Part shown: piece after piece, positions 1 to 14,572 of the stretch
Layout of the letters: each line of letters starts with the position of its first letter
Position numbering within the stretch: position 1 is the first letter of the stretch
NCBI RefSeq assembly: GCF_006345805.1
Contig: NC_043017.1
Location: 15,376,001-15,440,000 of the forward strand
DNA: 64,000 bases
Source: Octopus sinensis
Taxonomy: Eukaryota
Reading direction: 5' to 3'
The notes under the pieces: generated by a model
Told to the model about the DNA's origin: nothing
What the model saw: only the letters and a program-made list of their open reading frames with translations
Databases searched by the model: none
Made by a program: the position numbers and the translations under genes

Positions 1-99
1 GAGTCTATCAGTTGAACCTTTACTTTAAGGATGTGACACATTTTTAGTTCCAAGAGTAAATAGCAGCGACAGAGGAAATTGTAGAGTCTTCCTTCGGTG

Positions 100-715
100 C
101 TTTGGTTTCTGGCGAATGTCTATGTCCTCCGTTACGTAGCTTGACGTGACGCTGCTTCCTGAAAGATCCCAGTAGAACATCCAGATATTTCTTGAATACA
201 TCGACACCATCCATATTTCTCAATTTCCTTGGCAAGATATTGATAAACTGTGAATCTTTGAGGCTTAGAACTTTGTAGTAAGTCGTCCATGGGCAAAGTG
301 AAGCCTTCGTAACTATTCAGTTGGGGATCCAACCTGGGATTGGTATATCTCCGAATACCAAAGCTTGGTATGCGTCCTCCTTCGGGGCTCCTCTGTTCAT
401 AAATCATTGCATATATTTCCTGTCTTCTTCCCAAACAATAGAATGTGAATGCTTTCGACCTCTCCCTGTAGTTTAGCTGTTACATTGAGGTGATATTCTT
501 CATGAAATATCATTGGACTGCTTCTAGATTTGGTGTTAGCTTAACACCGATTGGTGACCATGGCTGTGAACAGATTTCCAGTTGGATGAGGACAAATGTA
601 CTTCCGAAAACAAGTACGGCTTCTTTCTCACTCGTTCGGAATGACATAAAGATTTATCTGATCAAAACTCATCCCCATCGCCGACATCTTGGTAATGTGA
701 TAATGTGTACATAGA
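100..715 (-). mobile_element. Degenerate CR1/L2-type LINE, 3' part of ORF2
   Basis: Minus-strand frames give (L)GRRQEIYAMIY and (L)PRKLRNMDGVDVFKKYLDVLL, which parallel SLERRRERYAIIY and LRDLHGVDTDVFKMELDLFL of the LINE at 11455-12620. Frameshifted. Confidence 0.7.
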
Positions 716-734
716 ATGAGGCACCATTACTCAT

Positions 735-1873
735 ATTGCCCATTACGCACACATATATGTGTGTGTGTGTGCGTGTGTGTGTGCATGTGTGTGTGAGTAT
801 GTGTGTGAATATACATACATATATGTATACAACACCTTCATTGATATGTATATACATAATATATATATATACATAATAATATATACATATATAATATATG
901 TATATAAAATAAATATGCCTATGTGCGTGCGTGTGTGTGTATGTATATGTACGCGGGCGTGCGTATATATGAATGGGTGTATAAACGTATTTATATGTGT
1001 ATATGTACGTATGTATATGTGTATGCATATGTATGTATGCATGTATTATGTATGTATGCATGTATGTATTATATATGCATATATGTATGTATGTATATAT
1101 ATATATGTATGCATGTATGTATGTATGCATGTATTTATGTATGCATGTATGTATTATGTATGTATATATGTATGTATATACATGTATGCATGTATGTATG
1201 CATGTATGTATGCATGTATGTATGTATTTATGTATGCATATATGTGTGTATGTATTATGTATGAATGTATGTATGAATGTAAGTATGTATGCATGTATGC
1301 ATGTATGCATGTATGTATGCATGTATGTATTATGTATGAATGTATGTATGAATGTAAGTATGTATGCATGTATGCATGTATGCATGTATGTATGCATGTA
1401 TGTATGTGTGTATGAATGTATATCGATTGCAGCAGACCCGTTAAAGAAGCGATCTTTAGTTGCAATATATTTGCTGTCTAAACATTATTTGACATTTGGC
1501 GCTAACTCCGAGGTAAGTGAAGAACTGTTCAGTGGCAGAAGAGGGTGGCGGAGAAGGGGAGAAGAAGGAGGAGATTGACTGAAGGGTGGGAGGCAGAGGT
1601 ACTTTCTATACTGTTTTGTTTGCACTTGTATATATATATATGTGTGTATTAATATGTATACACATTCACATATATACACATGTATACATATATATATGTA
1701 TATACATTCATATGTAATACTTATATACATATATATATTTATATATATATGTGTATATATGTAATATGTTATATATATATATGTGGTGTATATATGCATA
1801 TATATATATATTTGTATATATGTATATATAATATATATATATATGATTGTATGTATTGATGTAGGTATGTATG

Positions 1874-1911
<38 letters not shown>

Positions 1912-1922
1912 TATATAATATA

Positions 1923-1953
<31 letters not shown>

Positions 1954-2295
1954 GATAGGTATGCACGTATATGTACACAGCAGATATACATATACATATA
2001 TACACATAGATATATATCACATACACATATATCTATATGTGTGTGTGTGTGTGTGTGCGTGTGTGTGTGTGTGTGCGAATCTATGTATGTATACATACAT
2101 ATTAATAACGACTGTATATAGAGAGATAGCTAGATAGTTAAATAGAATGATAGATAGATAGACGGACAGACAGACATATGTCTCGGTGAATGTTGCATTT
2201 ATTGAACGATTACAAGCGTACATAGCCAGGATGTACAAATGTATATATGGTGATATATATATATATACACACAAATTATAGCTATATATATATAG

Positions 2296-2326
<31 letters not shown>

Positions 2327-2545
2327 TTATATACAATATAATGTATATTTATATATATATATATATATAATATATTATATACACATATATATATATATAT
2401 TAATATATATTAAGATATAAATATATATAAATATATGCATATCTATATATAATTACATAATAATATATAAATAATAAACATAGATATATACATACATACA
2501 CGCGCCCACAGGCATACATATACACACACATACATTGTGTATGTA
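735..2545. repeat. Compound (TG)n/(TATG)n/(TA)n microsatellite field with an internal ~75 bp higher-order duplication (~1251-1400)
   Basis: Directly visible. The block tattatgtatgaatgtatgtatgaatgtaagtatg occurs twice. Confidence 0.95.
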
Positions 2546-2989
2546 CAATTCCGTCGACTCTTTCTACTGAAGATTTATGATTTACTACCAACATCACTGC
2601 TGCCGCTCTTTCTCTTGCTACTGCTACAAATGCTCGAGAGTAGGTAACGGATTATGAGTCTGTTGTCAGAGCAACGGTAAAGGGGGACCTAGAAATAGCA
2701 GCCAAATACCCCTCAATTCACATTACTTGGCATTAACACAAAGGCGAAAGGAGACTCGTTAAATATTTCCAAGATACATCCCTTCTCCATCAGTATCAGG
2801 TGGGATGGCCACATGTCTAACGGCCATGGTCATAGGTTAGCCTGGACGTAAAAAACAATTACAACTGCCACCGATACTGCTACTACTAATACAAATACTA
2901 CAACTACTACAACGACGACGACGAAGATTGCTACTGCTACTGCTGTTGTTGTTGCTGCTACTACTATTACTACTACAACAAGAAGAACA

Positions 2990-3028
2990 ACAACAACATC
3001 AATAACAATAATGAAATTGATAATAATA

Positions 3029-3070
<42 letters not shown>

Positions 3071-3127
3071 TAATAATAATAATAACAATAATAACAATAG
3101 CAAATAAGAATAATAATAATAATAATA

Positions 3128-3178
<51 letters not shown>

Positions 3179-3300
3179 TACAATAATAATAATAATATAA
3201 TAATAATAATAATATATAATACATAATAATAACAATAATAATAATAATAAAATAATAACAATAGCAATAATAAATAATAATAATCAATAATATAATAATA

Positions 3301-3348
<48 letters not shown>

Positions 3349-3372
3349 TCATATATAATAATAAATAATAAC

Positions 3373-3402
<30 letters not shown>
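2990..3402. repeat. (AAT)n microsatellite
   Basis: Directly visible, imperfect triplet run. Confidence 0.95.
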
Positions 3403-3404
<2 letters not shown>

Positions 3405-3937
3405 CAGGCAGTGGCTCTCATGGCTTCTGATCTTAACTGATTGGAAGTGTTATCATGTACATTGTTTTGTCTTGGTATAAAAGATGGGCTACAACAATAT
3501 TCTGCTCAATACCACAGATTGCTTGTCAGTTGTTTGACCTAAACCAGTTGAGCATGTCCTTAGTGGCTGCCGATATGTTCTGCATCTGATCACGAGCAGA
3601 AGTAGTGGAGAGCATCATAGCCATGTGTTGAGAGGGATTTCTTGGGGTTTGGATATTCACCTTTGGAAACATGAGTGTTTCGTTCAACATCCTTAGACAA
3701 CCCTTATTCAAGGACCTTTTGAGCGGGATGGACTACTCGACCTGAAGAAAATTCTAACTAGGCCACACCTTCAAGTTCATGCGCTGTTTATCTTGATATG
3801 AGATCACCATGTGACGCACATACGGTTGTGGTCCATGTGCCTGGTGTACTCTTATCAGACGGGTAGTCATGATGGGGATACTGGGCTTCGTACATTTTAC
3901 CCCAGGGTCACTTTGATAAGCGCTGCTCTCTCACTCA
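3403..3937 (-). mobile_element. Interspersed repeat inserted at an (AAT)n tract, probably part of an R4/Dong-type LINE
   Basis: Complex sequence bounded by (AAT)n and (AAG)n. The family assignment is from recall and context only; no catalytic motif seen. Confidence 0.35.
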
Positions 3938-3947
3938 AGAAGGAGGA

Positions 3948-4098
3948 GAAGAAGAAGAAGAAGAAGAAGAAGAAGAAGAAGAAGAAGAAGAAGAAGAAGA
4001 AGAAGAAGAAGAAGAAGAAGAAGAAGAAGAAGAAGAAGAAGAAGAAGAAGAAGAAGAAGAAGAAGAAGAAGAAGAAGAAGAAGAAGAAGAAGAAGAAG
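3948..4098 (+). repeat. Perfect (AAG)n, about 50 units
   Basis: Directly visible. It produces the poly-K ORF 3811..4113. Confidence 0.97.
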
Positions 4099-4099
4099 A

Positions 4100-5025
4100 T
4101 TGCGTGGAGTTAGAGTAAATATAGACTCCTATGTAGGTAATATTGAAGAAAGTTTATGAAGAACTGCTAGATTCACAGCAAGACACAGGGAAACCAAAAA
4201 GAGAAAAACAAACGAAGTTAAAAAGCAGAAAAAAGAACGGAAGTTACCTGACTGGCAGGAGAAGGTTCTGCATGGTAGATTTCCAAAGATAGCTGCAGCA
4301 AATAGTAATGCTGAGACATAGTTACGGTTGCAGAAAGGAAGGCTGAAAAGGGAAACAGAAAGTTTGTTAGTAGCTGCTTAAGATCAAGAATTAAAGATTA
4401 ATTGAATAAAAGCCAAGATAGTCAAAAACCAAGTAGATTCCCAATGTAGATTATGCAAATCAAAAGAGGAAAGTGTTACTCATGTAGTAGGTGAATGTAG
4501 CATGCTGCCACAGAAAGAATACAAGAAAAGACGCGACAATCTAGGGAGAGTAATCTATCGGGGGTTATGTAGAAAACTAGAATTTGAACATACTGATGAA
4601 TAGTATGAACATGACCCTAGACAAGTACAGATGTTGTGAGAGTTTAACATTCAGACAGACAGAGTAATAGAAGCGAGAAGGCCTGATTAAGTAATAGTAG
4701 GGAGAGAGAATGATGAGAAAGTCAGTATGAGAGGCATAGAGAAAATAGCAAAGTACCAGGACCTGGCCATTGAATTACGAAGACTGTGAAAAGTGCGGAT
4801 GAAATGTATTCTAATAGTTATAGGGGCATTAGGAACTATCCCTAAAAGATCTGAACAGATGGATAAAGGAAATAGGTATAAAACCCAGTTTAGTACAGCT
4901 GCAGAAAACAGTATTATTAGGGACAGCCAGGATACTTGGGAGAGTTCTTGGCATCAAAGGTTACTTGTTGTAACCCGATGTTAATATTTTTTTCTTTTCT
5001 AACAGTCTAATCTCTTGTGTGTATA
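4100..5025 (+). mobile_element. R4/Dong-type non-LTR retrotransposon 3' fragment (zinc knuckle + restriction-like endonuclease), degenerate
   Basis: Plus frames give CRLCKSKEESVTHVVGEC, FNIQTDRVIEARRPD, EKIAKYQDLAIELRRL and IVIGALGTIPK, with stops. Ends in (AAT)n. Confidence 0.85.
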
Positions 5026-5056
5026 ATAACAATAATAATAATAATTATTATTATTA

Positions 5057-5114
<58 letters not shown>

Positions 5115-5164
5115 TCGCTTTTGGATTTGGCTAGCAAGATTCTTTATGTGAGTTCGTGTGTTGA

Positions 5165-5404
5165 AGCATATTTTGTTGTGTATGGGGACAGTTATTCTCT
5201 TTTAGTGCCTTATTATTTAATACACTCAGCGGTTCAGTTTCCTAAAATTTTCTTTGCGTCTTGAAAATGCTACAAGACGCAACGAAAATTTTAGCAAAAA
5301 TAAATAAGTAAATGGGTGGAAACTGAACCGGTGAGTGTGTTAAATAATAAGGCACTAAAAGAGAATAACTGTCTCCAAACACAACAAAATAATAATAATA
5401 TGCT
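5165..5404. repeat. Long imperfect inverted repeat (fold-back)
   Basis: Arm 5165-5263 pairs with 5273-5293 plus 5318-5404. 9 nt loop, 24 nt bulge. Confidence 0.9.
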
Positions 5405-5486
5405 GAAAACTTGCGGAAACCTAAGGTTACAGGGAGTAACCCGCTACCCACGTAAATCCTACCAGGTATAAGACCAAACCTGAGCC

Positions 5487-5574
<88 letters not shown>

Positions 5575-5589
5575 GTGATAATGATATCC

Positions 5590-5755
5590 AATTTTCGCAC
5601 AAGTTTAGCAATTTGAGGAGAGAGTTAGATTGATTACATCGTCCCCAGTAATCAAACCAGATTTATTTTATCGACCCCGAAAGAATGAAAGGTAAAGTCG
5701 ACCTCGACGGAATTTGAACTCAGAACGTAAGGACGGACGAAATGCCGCTACGCAC
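5590..5755 (-). mobile_element. tRNA-derived SINE family 1
   Basis: Reverse complement contains gagttcaaattcc (B-box-like) and the core ctttcattctttcggggtcgataaa. Confidence 0.85.
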
Positions 5756-6139
5756 TGGGTAATAAGAAAAGTATTAGCTGAAACTATGGCAACAGAGATG
5801 ATGTCAGTCATTACATGGATGTGTAATTAAAATATGATTCTAATATTTCATCTATGATGTTAATGTTTTTGATGATGCTGGTGGTGGTGGTGGTGGTGAT
5901 AGAAGTAGCTTAGATGCTAGTGTTGGGGTAATAGTGGTAGTGAAGGCAGCGGCGGTGCTGGTGGTGATAAAGCTAGTAGTGATATAGGTGCTAGTATTGA
6001 TGGTGATACGGGGATAGTTGTGGCATTAGTGGCATAGATGGCGTCGGTGCTAGTAGTAGTAGTAATAGTAGTAGTAGTAGTAGCAGTAGTAGTAGTAGTA
6101 GTAGTAGTAGCAGTAGTAGTAGTAGTAGTAGTAGTAGTA

Positions 6140-6490
6140 ATTTCAAATTTTGGCACAAGGCCAGCATTTCCGAGGCGTGGGGAAGACAATTACATCGACT
6201 CCGGTGCATAACTGGTACTTATTTTATCGACCCCGAAAGAATAAAATGCAAAATCGATCTCGGCCGAATTTGAACGTAGAACGTAAAGACGGAAGAAACG
6301 CCGCTAAGTATTTTGTCCGGCGCGCTAACGATTCTGCCATCTCGCCGCCTTAGGTGTAGTAGTCTTAATATTATTTTCTACTCTAAGCACAAAACCTGAA
6401 ATTTGGTAGGAGGGGGCCAGTCAATTAGATCGACCCCAGTACGCAACTGGTACTTAATTTATCGACCCCGAAAGGATGAAAGACTAAGTC
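6140..6490 (-). mobile_element. SINE family 1: one full copy (6140-6352) and one partial copy (6375-6490)
   Basis: Two occurrences of aactggtact...atcgaccccgaaag. Head reads ggcggcgagatggcagaatcgttag on the minus strand. Confidence 0.85.
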
Positions 6491-7059
6491 AGGGAGAAGA
6501 GAGGAGAGGAGAAGAGAGGAGAGGAGGAGGAGGAGGAGGAGGAGGAGGAAGAAGAAGAAGAAGAAGAAGAAAAAGAAGAAGAAAATAAAGAAGAAGAAGA
6601 AGAAGATGATGATGATGATGATGATGATAACAACAACAACCACAACATCATCAACAGCAGCTGCAAACACAACAACAACAACAACTGTAACGCCAACAGC
6701 AATGGAACAGCAGCCTGCATCCAATGGCGTTCGGCGGCAAAGACCTTAAATCGCGCAAAATGGCTTTATCGCTGGTTTCGCTTATAAATCTGGTTGTTTG
6801 TGTGAAGTGATTGAAATGAGAAGAGGTGAAAAGTCTCTCAACTTTTTCTGATCTCAATAAACTACACTCAACTTTGACTTGGAATAAAATATTTTCCATT
6901 TGAACAGAAAAACTGATAGAAATATTGATAGATCACAAGTAAGGTTCCACACAAGATGATGGTTTCGGAACGCAACCTCAGAAAAGAAGGAGTTCTTTAA
7001 AAAGGAGAAGGTTTTAGAATTTGGAGCAAATTTCATGCGATTAGAAGGGCGCAGGAAAG

Positions 7060-7140
7060 AGTCGTAAAATCTTGAAGCTGAGCCAACCGGGAAGAGACTT
7101 AGGAATGGACCAAGAATGAGATGGCTGGATAATAGTCATG
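7060..7140 (+). mobile_element. RTE-type LINE C-terminal scrap
   Basis: Encodes GKRL..GPRMRWLD, resembling the RTE ORF2 terminal R-P-R-G-R-P-x-x-R-W-L-D motif. Confidence 0.45.
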
Positions 7141-10100
7141 CTTTCAGTTGGTTACGCACGGGGAGCCTGAGAACCCTACCCCCACGACCTTCCCTGTGAT
7201 CAGACCTGGAGAGGAATAGACACTCCCAGGCCTAAAAATATGCTTAAACACATCGCATGTTACGAGGAGGTCCCCACGCGCGTGTGTGTGTGGATGATTG
7301 GACGGGTAAATCTGAAGAGCATCGGAGTATGTGTTGTCGACAGCGATGTTGAGAAAATAAAGAGATTTTGATTTAACAGTTCCATTATTATAAGTGAAAA
7401 CTTCTGTCAGGGCTGCTGCATCTGTGAAGACCGAATACTGCGGGGTTTCGAACTCGCGACTTTCATCTCCACACAAAAAAAATGAATGGTTTTGGTTTTA
7501 GAAATTTACGAAATATCTTCGACTACGAGGAAACGTCAATGAAAATAAAAAGATGGGATGGCCACGGCCAGAATGAGCCTGTTAGATCAAAGTCTGTGAG
7601 ACTCTGGGGTTATCTTAAAATTGCGTTGAATATTTTCGAAGACAAAATGTCCAGATCTGTAAGGATTCTATAACAGAACCGAAATGAACGACAACAACAG
7701 TAACAACAACCACAACAATATCAACAACAGGGATGGCATCAACAACCATAACAACAACAACAGCAATACCATAATAACACCCACGATAGTAAGAGAAACA
7801 ACAACAACAGCATTTTCAATAACAACGTTAACAACAATATTTCCGCTTGACAATATTTCCGCTTTGGTGATAAAACTTATATTTTAGGGAAAATTAATTA
7901 TGAAAAAAAGAATTATTTCAAGGCTGAATCGGTTTCCAACTGGAATTGGTTCACGGTTGATTTCTTTTTCTTCAATTTTAGATTTGCGAATGGATCTCCG
8001 TCACTATCAGCGACGATTACTCCAGTTGTTTGGATTTCTAAACTGTCCATTACTGAGAGTATCGATTATATGGCTGAGTATACCGCATACACGCGAACCT
8101 TAATGTAATCGCCTCCCCAAAACATTCAGCATGAATCAATAGGACAAGGCCGGGTCTTGTAACCGTTTGCTTGTCCTGGGTACCACGTGACACACGGGGC
8201 ATATTTCCCGGACGTCCACACATACAGAATACACATTCCAAACATTTGTTCAACCAGCTGAATTTCTTGGGACTTGTAAATGGAAAGCTTGGGATCGCTC
8301 AGTACGGATGAAACAAAGCCAAACAAAAAGTCCGGAAGCAAAAATGGACGTTTAGGACAAGGTTATGAAAATGTTTTGGACCGACAAAGTCTTAAATAAA
8401 CAACAACTGTGTCCATACTTTGTGAGTTTGTGATTTCGGTAGTGGTTTGATGGTAGGGTTAACCATTTGCCTTTCACATCTGACACAGCAGACACAGTTC
8501 CCTGTTATCCATGTATCATATAAGACGAACATTCCCACGTATTTCACCGCCAGAGTAGCTTGGGAAGCTTTGTATTGTTCAGAACGTATGGAATAAGGGC
8601 TAACTAAAACAAAACTGGAAATAAGAATGGACGAAAACTCTTTCGACAGGCAAAAGGTTAATTACAGGTATAGCCTGTCTTGTTTTGTAATATATGTGTG
8701 GCCGAGTATTCCATAAACGTGACAGAGAATAAGACAAGGCTTACTTTTGAATTACAAGCACAATCCATCCGATGAGCTTCTGCATAGTTTCCATATAGCC
8801 CCAGTATAATTCACAAAATACTGGGCTGATGCAAGGCAACGGCAGAGGCTTTTATTTGCCAAAGTAAATTCAAACAGAACCCACTTGCTTACAAATCGAG
8901 CATCTTAACTACTGAGCCATACATTTTTGTGTGAGTAGCAAACCATTCCAAAACACCTCCTCACCTCCCAGCCCCACCTCATTAAAACTTGATTTTCAGG
9001 AAATAATTTGAGCTAATCATAGCAAATTAAACAGTAAAACCACTTTATTCCCGAGTTTACCCTCCAGTAAAATAATGCTGTTTAATTGCGTTCTTCACAT
9101 TTCAAGGTTAGTGCCATTCTGCAGAAATTGCCGTTAGAACTTTTACCATTTTTCCTTCCCACTGCAGATAATAATTGGCTTGTCTACACAATATGTCGTG
9201 AGGAATACTCTTCAAAATATGAATGGCGCAGTGAAATCGCAATGGATTTAATATCTTGCATTCTCTTCACTTGAGATATTAGCAATTTCAGGTGTTCTCA
9301 AGAAGGAACTGCCAAAAATGTTTGTAACCAAATATACACCTGCATTGCTGTGATTAAGAAGGAAGTTTTGCACCCAGGTAAGACTGGGTTCGATCATGTG
9401 GTGCAGAGCAGCAACTTGAACAAGTGTCTTCTACGATATCTTCAAGGGTTAAGCAAAAGCTTCTGAATAAATACTCGATACACATTATGCAGAACATTGT
9501 TTTATACAAACAAACGGACAGACAGAGGATCTTTTGTCTAATAATGTAATTGCTATGTACTATAAATGCTCGGCTTAGTTTACCGCTAAACTTCCGGATT
9601 GAACTGCAACTGAAAGAAGGATGGTGCTGAAAATGCCTGTCAAAGAAGGCTAGAAGTGGTTCATCATTGAGCAGGTAGATATATGTTAGGAAGAGATCAT
9701 GGACAAGCAATACTTGTGATACCACATTAAAGCATGTAATTTCTAATTGAAATGTAGTGCCGTGTAGTTAAGTAACTAATTATTTACTTAATTACTCTGC
9801 ACTTCATATTCCTTGACTTCAAATTCAAATTTTGAATCTTGCCTCACGTTATTAGAAGGTAGCTATCCCTCTTCGTATCAACGGCCATCCACTGGGCACC
9901 GAGTCCATCTGTAATATTTCCCTCACTTTTTCCTACTGGAGCGTTTTACGTGTTACAGAGACTAATTGTGTCTACACGAAACTACGGCAACATCAGCTCT
10001 CCTACACCTGTCTCTTACACCAAACTGGGATGACACGTGATACTCATACCAAGCACCTTGCATCTAACACATACTGTCATCACATGTGACATAGTTTATT

Positions 10101-10212
10101 TGACATATACTATTATCATGTGAGTTTTATCTGACATATACCCTCGTGTGACATATACGATCCTTTTTCTCCTCTCTCTCTAACACACACTCTCTCTCTA
10201 TCTCTATCTCTT

Positions 10213-10255
<43 letters not shown>

Positions 10256-10412
10256 TATATATATAATATATATATATTATATATATATATGCACATATAT
10301 ACATACACATGTAAGTATGTAACAATGTGTGTGTATGTAATATACATTATATATTTATAGGACCTACATATGTGCGTGTTAATGTGTTGTTTGCTTGTGT
10401 GCACACACACAA

Positions 10413-10478
<66 letters not shown>

Positions 10479-10589
10479 TCCTACGTATTTATAGATATGA
10501 AACGTGACAGAAGAACAACAGCTTTGAATGTGTCTTTACATATATAATTATGCGTGTGTATATGTATAAATATAGAAGTGTGTGTGTAC

Positions 10590-10642
<53 letters not shown>

Positions 10643-11334
10643 TGTGCGAGTATTCTGTGGGCGCGCATTTCAATAATAACTGTGTATTTAGGTTTCTCTG
10701 CACAAGTCTATCTTGGGAAGCGATTAGGCTCACCTCTTAATATTTCAAACTGCCACGTGAATCTCCCGGACTCTTCATAAATTATTCAATTTAAACGTTT
10801 GGAAAAAGAATGAGTGAAGAATTGAAGAATATAGAATATTGATGACATCAGCGTTGATGAGGTGGGGAGTGAGATTGGAAAGGTAGTGAGGTGGGGAGGC
10901 TTTTTATTGTTTTCCGGATTAAACAATGCCATTTCGTAGTCTATTGTCGCATAGTTTTGTTTCTTGTTTTACCATCCCCACCACCACCACCACCACCACC
11001 ACCACCATCATCACCATCACCTCCACCACCACCACCACCTTCAACATCATCATCACCACAATCACCACCCTTATATATATCCATTGCATCATTTTCATTT
11101 CCTTATCTTTAGCCTATTGTTGGAGCACTTTTCATCAGTTTCATTTAAAACAATTTACGTAAACATGTGCGTGTGTGTTTGTGTGTGAGTATGTGTGTGT
11201 ATGTACACATATGCTTATGTGTGTATACATACACTTATAAAGATATATATATATATATATGTACATACACATATACATATATATATACATTATATATATA
11301 CATATATATATATATGCATATATATATATATATA

Positions 11335-11393
11335 TGAAGTGAAACCAAGTAGCAACACCAAATGGCGGTGCCCCAGCATGGCCACAGCTCATA
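11335..11393 (+). mobile_element. Inverted second copy of the CR1-type LINE 3' UTR end
   Basis: atgaagtgaaaccaagtagcaacaccaaatggcggtgccccagcatggccacagctcat is the near reverse complement of 11478-11536. Confidence 0.9.
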
Positions 11394-11454
11394 TTTGTAT
11401 ATAATATATATATAATATATATAATATATATATATTATATATATATGATGATTG

Positions 11455-12620
11455 ATTGATTGATTCAGTTTCAGCTTATGAGCTGTGGCCATTCTGGGGC
11501 ACCGCCATTTGGTGTTGCTACTTTGTTTCACTTCATGGAGGCTTTCTAGCAACTGCTATTTGGTGCATGAGAGAGTTCGATGCAGCTGCCCTCATCTGCC
11601 CCTCCTGCCGTGAAGTTGGTTCATCTGGGACACCTGACAGGAAGAGATCCAGCTCCATTTTAAAGACATCTGTATCCACCCCATGCAGGTCTCTCAGTTC
11701 ATCGGGAGGATTTGAAGAGCTGTGGGCCTCGGAAGCCCAGGCTATCACAGAATCTTGTCCTACATCTTGATGGCAAGTTTGGAGTCCTAGGCACCACGCA
11801 GTGGCGCCCAGTTCTGGCGTTTGCGTAACTCTCGATGCCAAAGTTCAGGACACTCCCTCCAGGATCTTCCAGATGTATATTATGGCATATCTTTCCCGCC
11901 TACGCTCCAGGGAATATAATTTTAATCTCGAGTCTTTCCCATAGCTTACATTCTGCATAGAGGCTATCTTCTTCGTGTAGCTTCGTTGGATCGCCTCAAG
12001 TTCTGTGATCAACTTGACACTGGATGGTGACCATAGCTGAGAGCAATAGTCAAAGTGACTTAGGACAAGTGTCTTCCAGAGGACCATCATGGTTTCTTGT
12101 TCTCTTGTTCTAAAGGTTCTAAGAATCCAGCCAGCCAGCCGTCTGCATTTCATTGTCAGTTTAGCAACATGTACATGAAAGGTCGCGTCATCACTCATGT
12201 GAATACCCAGGTCACGCACTGATTGTGCCTCTGGGATTGCAATCCCTCCGGGTCCAGTGTATTCCTTGGGTATTGCATTCAGTTTTGCATGCTGATAGTA
12301 TAAAGCTTGAAACTTTTCAGCATTGAACTGCATGCTATTCTTTTCAGCCCACTGGTAAATTTCGTCCAGCTCATATTGCAGGTGTTTAGTGTCTTCAGGG
12401 TTCTGTATTGCCTGTGAAACTTTTGTATCATCTGCATAACTTGTGATCGTGGCTCTCCGCGTGGCTGAGGGCATGTCTGAGAGGGCCATTATGAACAGTA
12501 GTGGTCCCAGAACAGTGCCCTGCGGAACACCGCTCACTATTTGCGTGCTAATGGAAGTGGCCCCATTGGCTACTACCACCTGACTTCTATTCTTCAGAAA
12601 GTCGTGAAGCCATTCTCCTA
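11455..12620 (-). mobile_element. 5'-truncated CR1/L2-type LINE (RT domain C-half, 3' UTR, (TCAA)n tail)
   Basis: ORF 11845..12642 contains GVPQGTVLGPLLF, YADDTK, VRDLG and DYCSQLWSP. Frameshifts follow near 11940 and 11845. Confidence 0.93.
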
Positions 12621-12645
12621 TATAATATATATATATATGCATATA

Positions 12646-12770
<125 letters not shown>

Positions 12771-12859
12771 ATATAATATATATACACACAAACACACACT
12801 TGTGTTTGCTCATGTTTGTTGAAAACAAGCATATATATATCTGGTGTATATGTGTAGTT

Positions 12860-12951
<92 letters not shown>

Positions 12952-13488
12952 GTGTAAATGTGTGTGCACTCACATACAAGTCAACAAGAACAGAAAAGAA
13001 CAAACGCATTTTTTTGTTCGTATTCTGCTTGTTTGTTTTACTGATACATTACACCCCGTATTGAGTACTTTATTGCTATTGTTTTCTGTTGCATATGATA
13101 CAATTGTATCTATTATACACTTTCCAAGCCACGCTGTTATATCGGAATATATCTTCTTATATTACACTAACCACAAACAATTATTAAAATGTCTTCTTTA
13201 AACTCTGAAGAGCGCTTAAAAGATTAAGATGGCGGAAAACGTACGCATTTACTTTATGTCTTATTGTTCTTACTCTATTTCTCTCCCGTATAGTGTATAC
13301 TATAACCGTGTGTGTGTGTGTGTGTCTCGTTAAAAATTATGGCTATGAAAAGGTGTGTATGTATATATGTGTGCGTATATATGTAAATATGTGCGTGTGT
13401 GTATATATATATGTCATCTAGTCAAAAATTATAGCTATGAAAAGATATGTATGTTTATGTATGTATTTATAAATGTATATATGTGTAT

Positions 13489-13540
<52 letters not shown>

Positions 13541-13566
13541 ATATATAATATATATATTATATATAT

Positions 13567-13670
<104 letters not shown>

Positions 13671-13883
13671 ATATATATATATATATATCACTGGTGATCT
13701 ATCTATGCTCGGTTCTGAGGTAGGTTGCCTCTCTTGTCAGTCAATAAGACGGTGCTTATCATGGCCATGACTTGGTTTGACTCTTATTTCTAGCAATACC
13801 GGTGGTCACTATCGCCCTTGGTCATTTTAGTGATGTATATCCTTTTGCCTTTCAGTTGAAAAATTTATGACAAGCCACCCTTA

Positions 13884-13947
<64 letters not shown>

Positions 13948-14535
13948 TAAGTAATTAAGGGTTTAGCAACGATTTGCCTCACCAACGATTTGCCTCACCT
14001 ACTTGGTGAAATTGATGATTATTCCAAATTAATTAATTTCACCCTATATTATATATATATATAAAGTCAACAGGTATGAGAGGTGAATATATAGTTATTT
14101 AATCATGTGACTCCTTTAGGATTACAGCTGTTTCGCAACCTTTTTTTATATAGAATTAAGTACAGTATGGAAGAAATCATGCGTCCATGTTTGCATTTAT
14201 ATGTCTTCTAGGAATTATGCCAAACAACTGTATGTTCACAAATCAACGCAAATAAAGAACGCTGTCTCATGGGATCAGCGGAACATCAGGGTTACACCAA
14301 CGATTCAAATTTAGACATAATCTCTTTATATATATACAATGTATGGAAGGCCGATACAAGACAAAAGTAGGTTGATGTGGTTTGTGAAATTAAGTGGAAG
14401 TTGTAGATAGTCATCTTGCATGGATACTAAATACAATGTGTTTTGTATCATTGCAGTGACTGGTGGCTCTTAGAATTCTGTGTTGATGTCTATCAAACTG
14501 AGTTTCGTCCGTGCCATGTTACGAAACATTAAATA

Positions 14536-14572
<37 letters not shown>

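Noticed and set aside
669-3374. Long ORFs rich in H/T/Y/I/C/V/M or poly-L/I/Y, here and throughout the window
   Set aside because: They are translations of TA/TG/TATG/AAT microsatellites that lack stops in some frames, not genes.
6730-9750. Short ORFs in moderately complex sequence (e.g. 7144..7476, 9354..9725)
   Set aside because: No recognisable domains. Probably old TE debris that I cannot assign.
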